A stretch of 63,768 nucleotides of DNA, counting the filler, from Licmophora abbreviata (Eukaryota), in assembly GCA_900291995.1 (NCBI GenBank). It is 7 parts of 7 records of this genome, joined end to end, with 100 filler letters (N's around TTAATTAATTAA, not from the genome) between each part and the next. Parts side by side here need not be neighbours in the genome. Positions count along the whole stretch, not along the records: positions 56,400 to 61,155 come from OLMU01004946.1; positions 61,256 to 63,768 come from OLMU01004952.1; 5 more parts are not named here. One strand, written 5' to 3'. Below the pieces are notes generated by a model. The model was not told the origin of the DNA. It saw only the letters and a list, made by a program, of their open reading frames with translations, and did no database searches. A program made the position numbers and the translations under genes. Of the stretch, positions 58,738 through 63,768 are shown piece after piece (position 1 is the first letter of the stretch; every line of letters starts with the position of its first letter).

Positions 58738-60838
58738 TTATACCATTTCTATTCGAACACTACTTCCACTTCCCATACTCCCGCTCCGAGGCAATGCCAC
58801 CAACGCAACATTGCTGCTCTTCGTCTCCTTGAGCAGTCCTTTGCGCGACTCCGTACGCTCTGCCGCTTCCAGACTACCACGTGGCAGCCTCGACGACGAC
58901 GTTGAGCCATCCATGCGCGACGACTGTCGTCGCAGCAAGCTTATGCCCTCCTTCACTTTCTCATCCAGCGTTTCCGGGTCGGATAGCAAGATGGCGTCTT
59001 CGTGTTCGAGCCCGAGCAGTGCCAGGAGTCGCGCGTAGCAGTTGCAAAGCGTAAAGGCACACAGTGCTAAAATCAGCAGAGGGGCATAGACGCTGAAGGA
59101 CGTCCCGAAGAACGGAACTGTTGACATATTCGACATGACATGGGAGAAGGCACAGTTGGTTGTGGACGTGTCATACTTAATCCTGATAGAAACAAGGAAG
59201 GACAGAAATCAGCGTGTTGGAAATATCGAGGGTTGAGAACGACTTTATATTCAAGCACTATTCGACAAGTAATACGACACTCACAGATACAGGTAGTTGT
59301 AACCCAACGGAAACTGCAACCGTACCAGATACTGCGCATTAAAGACCAGCGCAACGCCTTGGCTCTGATGAGCGCCACGCAGTCGATATCGACCAAATAG
59401 ACTCAGCTTGAACAAACTGCTGTACACGCACAACGATATGTACAAGAGCGGTACCATGGCAGCCAGCTGAAACAGGATGCCATTGTCTCGAAAAATGTCG
59501 AGCGCGACCGCAAACGGTGATAGATTGACGGGTACCGCAAGCGTTGCTTCGCTCCATAGCACCATGCCTGACAGTATCGCACAGGAGAGTCCCAGTATTC
59601 GATAGAATGTGTTGCGCAGGGCGACAAGCCAAATGTACTGCACGTGTTTTCCCACACTCCGCATTCCCGCACCAAAATGACGGCAGCATGAATCCTGCGG
59701 CTCGCTTACCACTCGTGCCGGTCGTGGTACAGTCCCCTCTACGAGATCCCTGTACAATTCACTCCTGACAACTAATGAGCGCCATCGCTGATCGGCACTC
59801 ACGACTTCGGCGCACGCCGCCTCCAGATCTTTGTTCAACTGCGCCAAGGATTCTAGACTCGGTAGCTCATGGGCCTGATAGTCGGTATCTGTTGAGCCCC
59901 CCTTTGCCTCGTCATCAGTGTCCTCTCTGGGCCGTTTATGCTGTCCACCTGCCGCACGCCGCCGTTGCAAGTCGGGACTCAGATTCGCAGTCGACTTGCG
60001 CAGAGTCAGGAGCTTGTCGAGACACGATGCGTACTTGACGTCCATTGATATTCGCGCACCAGTATCGTCTCGGGCATCTCCAGCTTTGATGGCGACTTCG
60101 TCGACGAGGATTTCACAATCTTGCAATTCCCAGACAGCTTCAAAGACAGCTTGGTCGACATTGGTCGCCATGATACGTGTACGACGTAGTTCCACTTGAG
60201 GTCTAGACTGCGCCCACATTGTGCTAGGCACATCGACCAACCCGTATCCCAACAAGAGCGACACTAGCAGAAGACCATACGTGTTTCCAAGGGCCATGAG
60301 TACTGGAATGACATGCCAGGAATTCATCTTGATTGTCAGAACTAAGATTGCCGACACGGCTACAATCAAGAGTAGAATGTAGCCTCGGAGCGCCTTGCGA
60401 CACCCCACGCGGAGTCGCGAGCAAAAGAAAAATTGACCTGACAAGAGGGCCTCTCTAAGCAGCGGTAATATCGCCCAGGCTAGAAAGAAGGTGGACCAGT
60501 ATGTAACGAGCCATGGCACATACGTGGCGTTGGGCTCAATTGTGGTTGGATCGACATCCTCTTTGGATCTGAATGGTCGAGTAATGGGAGGCGGGGTGTA
60601 AGACATCGATCGAGGGGTACACTGCGTCGCCAAATGGACATAACAAAATTTACTTTTCAGTGATCGAAAGGTCGATTGGGAGCAAAGCAATGCCTCCAAA
60701 GCCCAAGGCGAAGATACAAACGACTATAAGTCTGATGATCCAGGAAGTTCCCGGACTCGCAAAGTGATTGACAAGCCATCCTGCACACACGAGCAGAATT
60801 CCTCCCAGAATCAAGAGAGACTCCTGAACTAGATTCAT
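58738..60838 (-). CDS. LMBR1-like multi-pass membrane protein (LMBRD2-like)
   Basis: LLPIDL, YWSTFFLAWAILP, LMALGNTYG..LGYGLVDVP and RLQFPLGYNY motifs. Three exons. Confidence 0.85.
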
Positions 60839-61155
60839 GGCAGCAATCGCGGCGACCTAAACTCTTCTCAAACGGCCAAGAGACGCCCTGCTTTTATTCC
60901 TGTTCCTATTTCATTGCCGATGTGATGATCACAAGCACTAGCATCAACGACGATGCTAACACATCATGTGGACACTGATGCACATCCAACTAACTGAGAA
61001 CAATCACACTGCGAATCTGGAGCAACGAAGAATATTCCGACTTCCAACGTGACTGTCGAGTGACTGTGACACAGACACACCCGACCACATCCCATCGGGA
61101 ACTCGAATCATTCGATTTATATAGGCAGAGAGGCTGACCTCCAAGCAAGCAACCC

Positions 61156-61255
61156 NNNNNNNNNNNNNNNNNNNNNNNNNNNNNNNNNNNNNNNNNNNNT
61201 TAATTAATTAANNNNNNNNNNNNNNNNNNNNNNNNNNNNNNNNNNNNNNNNNNNN
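61156..61255. other. Artificial spacer joining eukaryotic DNA to bacterial DNA
   Basis: N44-TTAATTAATTAA-N44. GC content and gene style change abruptly across it. Confidence 0.97.
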
Positions 61256-61661
61256 CGCCGACCCGCTCCAGAAGATCGGCGGCGCGAGCGGACGCCTCGG
61301 CGCGGGCCACGCCATTGGCCAGCTGCGGCAGCACGATGTTTTCCAAAGCGGTGAATTCCGGAAGCAGGTGGTGGAACTGGTAGACGAAGCCCACCTCCTG
61401 TCGCCGGGCGACGGTGCGGCGGCGGTCACTCAGCCCGGTGTAATCGATGCCGCCGATTTCGACCCGTCCGGTATCGGGCGTGTCCAGAAGCCCCGCGATA
61501 TGCAGAAGCGTCGATTTGCCGGCCCCCGAGGGCGCCACCAGCGCCACCATCTCGCCCGGGGCCAGCACAAGATCGGCGTTTGCCAGCACCTGCACCTCGT
61601 TTTCGCGGCCCTTGTTGTAGGTTTTCGACACGCCGGAAAGGCGCAGCATCGCATCACTCAT
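61256..61661 (-). CDS. lolD: Bacterial lipoprotein-releasing ABC transporter ATP-binding subunit (3' truncated)
   Basis: [12 protein letters not shown]alker A and [18 protein letters not shown] motif. Start overlaps the upstream stop (ATGAGTGA). Confidence 0.93.
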
Positions 61662-62961
61662 AGCGCAGCGCCTCGACCGGGTTCATGCGCGCGGCACGGC
61701 GCGCGGGAAAGATCGTGACCACGAAACTCAGCCCCAAAGACAGCGCCACCGCCGACAGAACGTCGGCCAAATTCAACTGCGCCGGCAGGTGATAGATGCC
61801 GCGAATGGACGGATCCCAGACCTGACCGCCCATCAGCACATTCACGAGGCTGAAGATCGGGTCGATATAGATCGCGAAGAGACAGCCCAGAACCACCCCC
61901 GCCGCCGTCCCGATGATCCCTGTAAAGGCGCCGCAGATGAAGAACACCCGCAGCACGGCGCCTTCGGTCAGTCCCATCGTGCGCAGGATGCCGATATCGC
62001 GGCCCTTGTTCTTGACCAGCATGATCAGCCCCGAGGTGATGTTCATCGCCGCGATCAGCACGAGGATCGACAGGATGATGAACATCACATTGTCCTCGAC
62101 CTCGAGCGCGCGCAGAAATCCGCCCGAGGCGTCTTTCCATGTCCAGACCTGCGCGCGGTCCCCGGCGGCGGCGATCAGCGGAAGGGTCATGTCTTCGACC
62201 CGGTCAGGATCGCGCACCATCACCTCGAGCTCGTCGGCGCGGCCTTCGCGGTTGAAAAAGCTCTGCGCCTCCTCGAAGGGCAGATAGACGCGGACCCGGT
62301 CGATGTCATAGCGCCCGGCACTGAAGATATAGACCACGTCATAGGCGTTGATGCGCGGAGAAGTGCCAAAGGCCGTGCGCACCCCGTTGGGAGAGATCAG
62401 GCGGATGCGGTCGCCCACCCCCACGCCCAGTTCGCGCGCCACGCCCGAGCCGATGGCGATGCCTTGCGAAAAGGCGGTGATGTCACCGCGCCCGGTTGCG
62501 GGATCGGCGATGCGCGGAATGGTCACCAGATCCTCGGGCTTGATGCCGAACACCTGCACGCCGGCGTTGCTGTCGCGGGCATTGGCCATCACCTGCCCCT
62601 TGACCAGAGGGGCCACACGGGTCACGCCCTCGACCGCGCGGACGCGCTCGGCCATCGCCTCGTAATCGGGGATGGTGCGATCGAGCCTGCCCGATTGCGC
62701 ATCGACCGATCCCATGTTGTAGACGGTGACATGGGCGTTCGCGCCAAGGATCGTGTCGACGAATTCCGCCCGGAAGCCCGAGCGGACCGCCAGCGTGGCA
62801 ATCAACGCGAAGACCGCCAGCGTGATCCCGATCAGGCTGATCCATGTCATCGTGCTGACCCCGCCCTCGGCGCGTTTGGCGCGCAGGTAACGCCACGCGA
62901 TCATCCATTCGAACGGGGCGAAGGGCGCGGGGGCGGAAGAGCGGCGGGGACGGCCTGTCAC
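61654..62961 (-). CDS. lolE: Bacterial lipoprotein-releasing ABC transporter permease (LolC/E family)
   Basis: [33 protein letters not shown] and [17 protein letters not shown] motifs. Alphaproteobacterial style. Confidence 0.95.
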   Translation of the reverse strand: MTGRPRRSSAPAPFAPFEWMIAWRYLRAKRAEGGVSTMTWISLIGITLAVFALIATLAVRSGFRAEFVDTILGANAHVTVYNMGSVDAQSGRLDRTIPDYEAMAERVRAVEGVTRVAPLVKGQVMANARDSNAGVQVFGIKPEDLVTIPRIADPATGRGDITAFSQGIAIGSGVARELGVGVGDRIRLISPNGVRTAFGTSPRINAYDVVYIFSAGRYDIDRVRVYLPFEEAQSFFNREGRADELEVMVRDPDRVEDMTLPLIAAAGDRAQVWTWKDASGGFLRALEVEDNVMFIILSILVLIAAMNITSGLIMLVKNKGRDIGILRTMGLTEGAVLRVFFICGAFTGIIGTAAGVVLGCLFAIYIDPIFSLVNVLMGGQVWDPSIRGIYHLPAQLNLADVLSAVALSLGLSFVVTIFPARRAARMNPVEALRYE

Positions 62962-63089
62962 TGGAAAACCTCGGATCTCGTTTTGCGCGGACAGTGCGGG
63001 TTATCATGATCGGGGTCAAGGCCGAGCGGCAGGCATCGGGTGCAGCATGGCGGAACGGGGCGAATCGAACCGCCCGGAAAGGAGCGCCA

Positions 63090-63768
63090 TTGCCCGCCGC
63101 CGCCCTGATCGTGATCTACCTTGCGCTTGTCCTGACGCCGCTTGGCCTGGCATGGGCGCAACGGCTTCCGCCACGCACGGTGTGGGATGAGCTGGCCTCG
63201 GGGCTGGGTCTCGTGGCGCTGGCGATGATCCTTGTGGAGTTCGCACAGCTTGGCCGCTTTCGGGCGGTCACCGCGCGGGTCGGCAGCGATGTGGTGATGC
63301 GCAGCCATCAGCTTTTGGCGCGGGTGGCGCTGGCGTTTGCGGTGCTGCATCCGTTTTTCTATGTCTCGGCGCTGTCAGATCCGCCCGATTGGGATGTGAC
63401 CCGGCAGACGGTGGTGACTTATTCATGGCCCGCGATCTGGCCCGGCATTTTGGCCTGGCTGGGTCTGGGCATGGTGGTGACGATGGCGATGGCCCGCGAT
63501 GTCGCGGGCTACCGATATGAGATATGGCGGGGCCTGCACGGGCTGGGCGCGGTTCTGGTGGCCTGCGCTGGCGTTCTGCACGCGCTGCGCGCCGGGCGCT
63601 ACAGTGGCGACGATCTGCTGGGCTGGGTGTGGATCGGCGGTCTGGGGCTGGCGCTGGCGGCGCTGGCGGTGGTCTATGTCGTGGCCCCTGCCCTGCGGGC
63701 GCGCAGACCGTGGCAGGTGCAGTCGGTCCACCCCCGTTGCCCTGCGGACATGGCGGCTGCGGCTAACG
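63090..63768 (+). CDS. Bacterial ferric-reductase-like transmembrane protein (runs off the window; not in the ORF track)
   Basis: AAGGAG RBS then TTG at 63090. Six hydrophobic helices with paired His: MRSHQLL..VLHP and YEIWRGLHG..GVLHAL. Confidence 0.8.
   Translation, partial: MPAAALIVIYLALVLTPLGLAWAQRLPPRTVWDELASGLGLVALAMILVEFAQLGRFRAVTARVGSDVVMRSHQLLARVALAFAVLHPFFYVSALSDPPDWDVTRQTVVTYSWPAIWPGILAWLGLGMVVTMAMARDVAGYRYEIWRGLHGLGAVLVACAGVLHALRAGRYSGDDLLGWVWIGGLGLALAALAVVYVVAPALRARRPWQVQSVHPRCPADMAAAAN

Noticed and set aside
17544..61211. Recurring TTAATTAATTAA as a biological repeat or CRISPR-like element
   Set aside because: It is always centred in exactly 44+44 N and is a six-frame stop linker. 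Genes (Ca-ATPase, ATP10, SGNH-like) continue across it.
61789..63009. 406-aa plus-strand ORF
   Set aside because: It is an antisense shadow of GC-rich lolE with no protein-like features.
61256..63768. Horizontal transfer of a lol operon into the diatom
   Set aside because: It is joined only via an artificial spacer and keeps fully bacterial signals and composition.
1..63768. tRNA, rRNA, transposon or viral genes
   Set aside because: No cloverleaf, rRNA-like, transposase/RT, LTR/TIR or capsid signatures were recognised.

Overview
About 61 kb of a gene-dense eukaryotic nuclear genome is followed by about 2.5 kb of bacterial DNA. The eukaryote is most likely a diatom: it has short GT-AG introns, bipartite ASAF-type plastid presequences and nuclear rpl17/PGRL1. 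The tail (61256-63768) is GC-rich and Rhodobacteraceae-like (lolE-lolD plus a ferric-reductase-type gene) and is probably co-assembled symbiont or contaminant DNA. Six artificial 100-nt spacers (N44-TTAATTAATTAA-N44) break the window. At least three fall inside single genes, so they are scaffold gaps. I can support about 31 eukaryotic genes, including two small spliced genes that the ORF track misses wholly or mostly. The most notable observations are: (1) a 4-exon 2-epi-5-epi-valiolone synthase (EEVS) with TGACGT boxes upstream and no adjacent MT-Ox; (2) a protein carrying an MCM3-like C-terminal winged helix with no MCM ATPase; (3) an unknown plastid-targeted protein with a basic tail, head-to-head with rpl17 and with matching exon-1 architecture; (4) a hidden 76-aa Cys-rich membrane microprotein; (5) a sense-oriented (AGTC)n promoter motif. 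All family calls come from motif recognition by eye; no searches were run.
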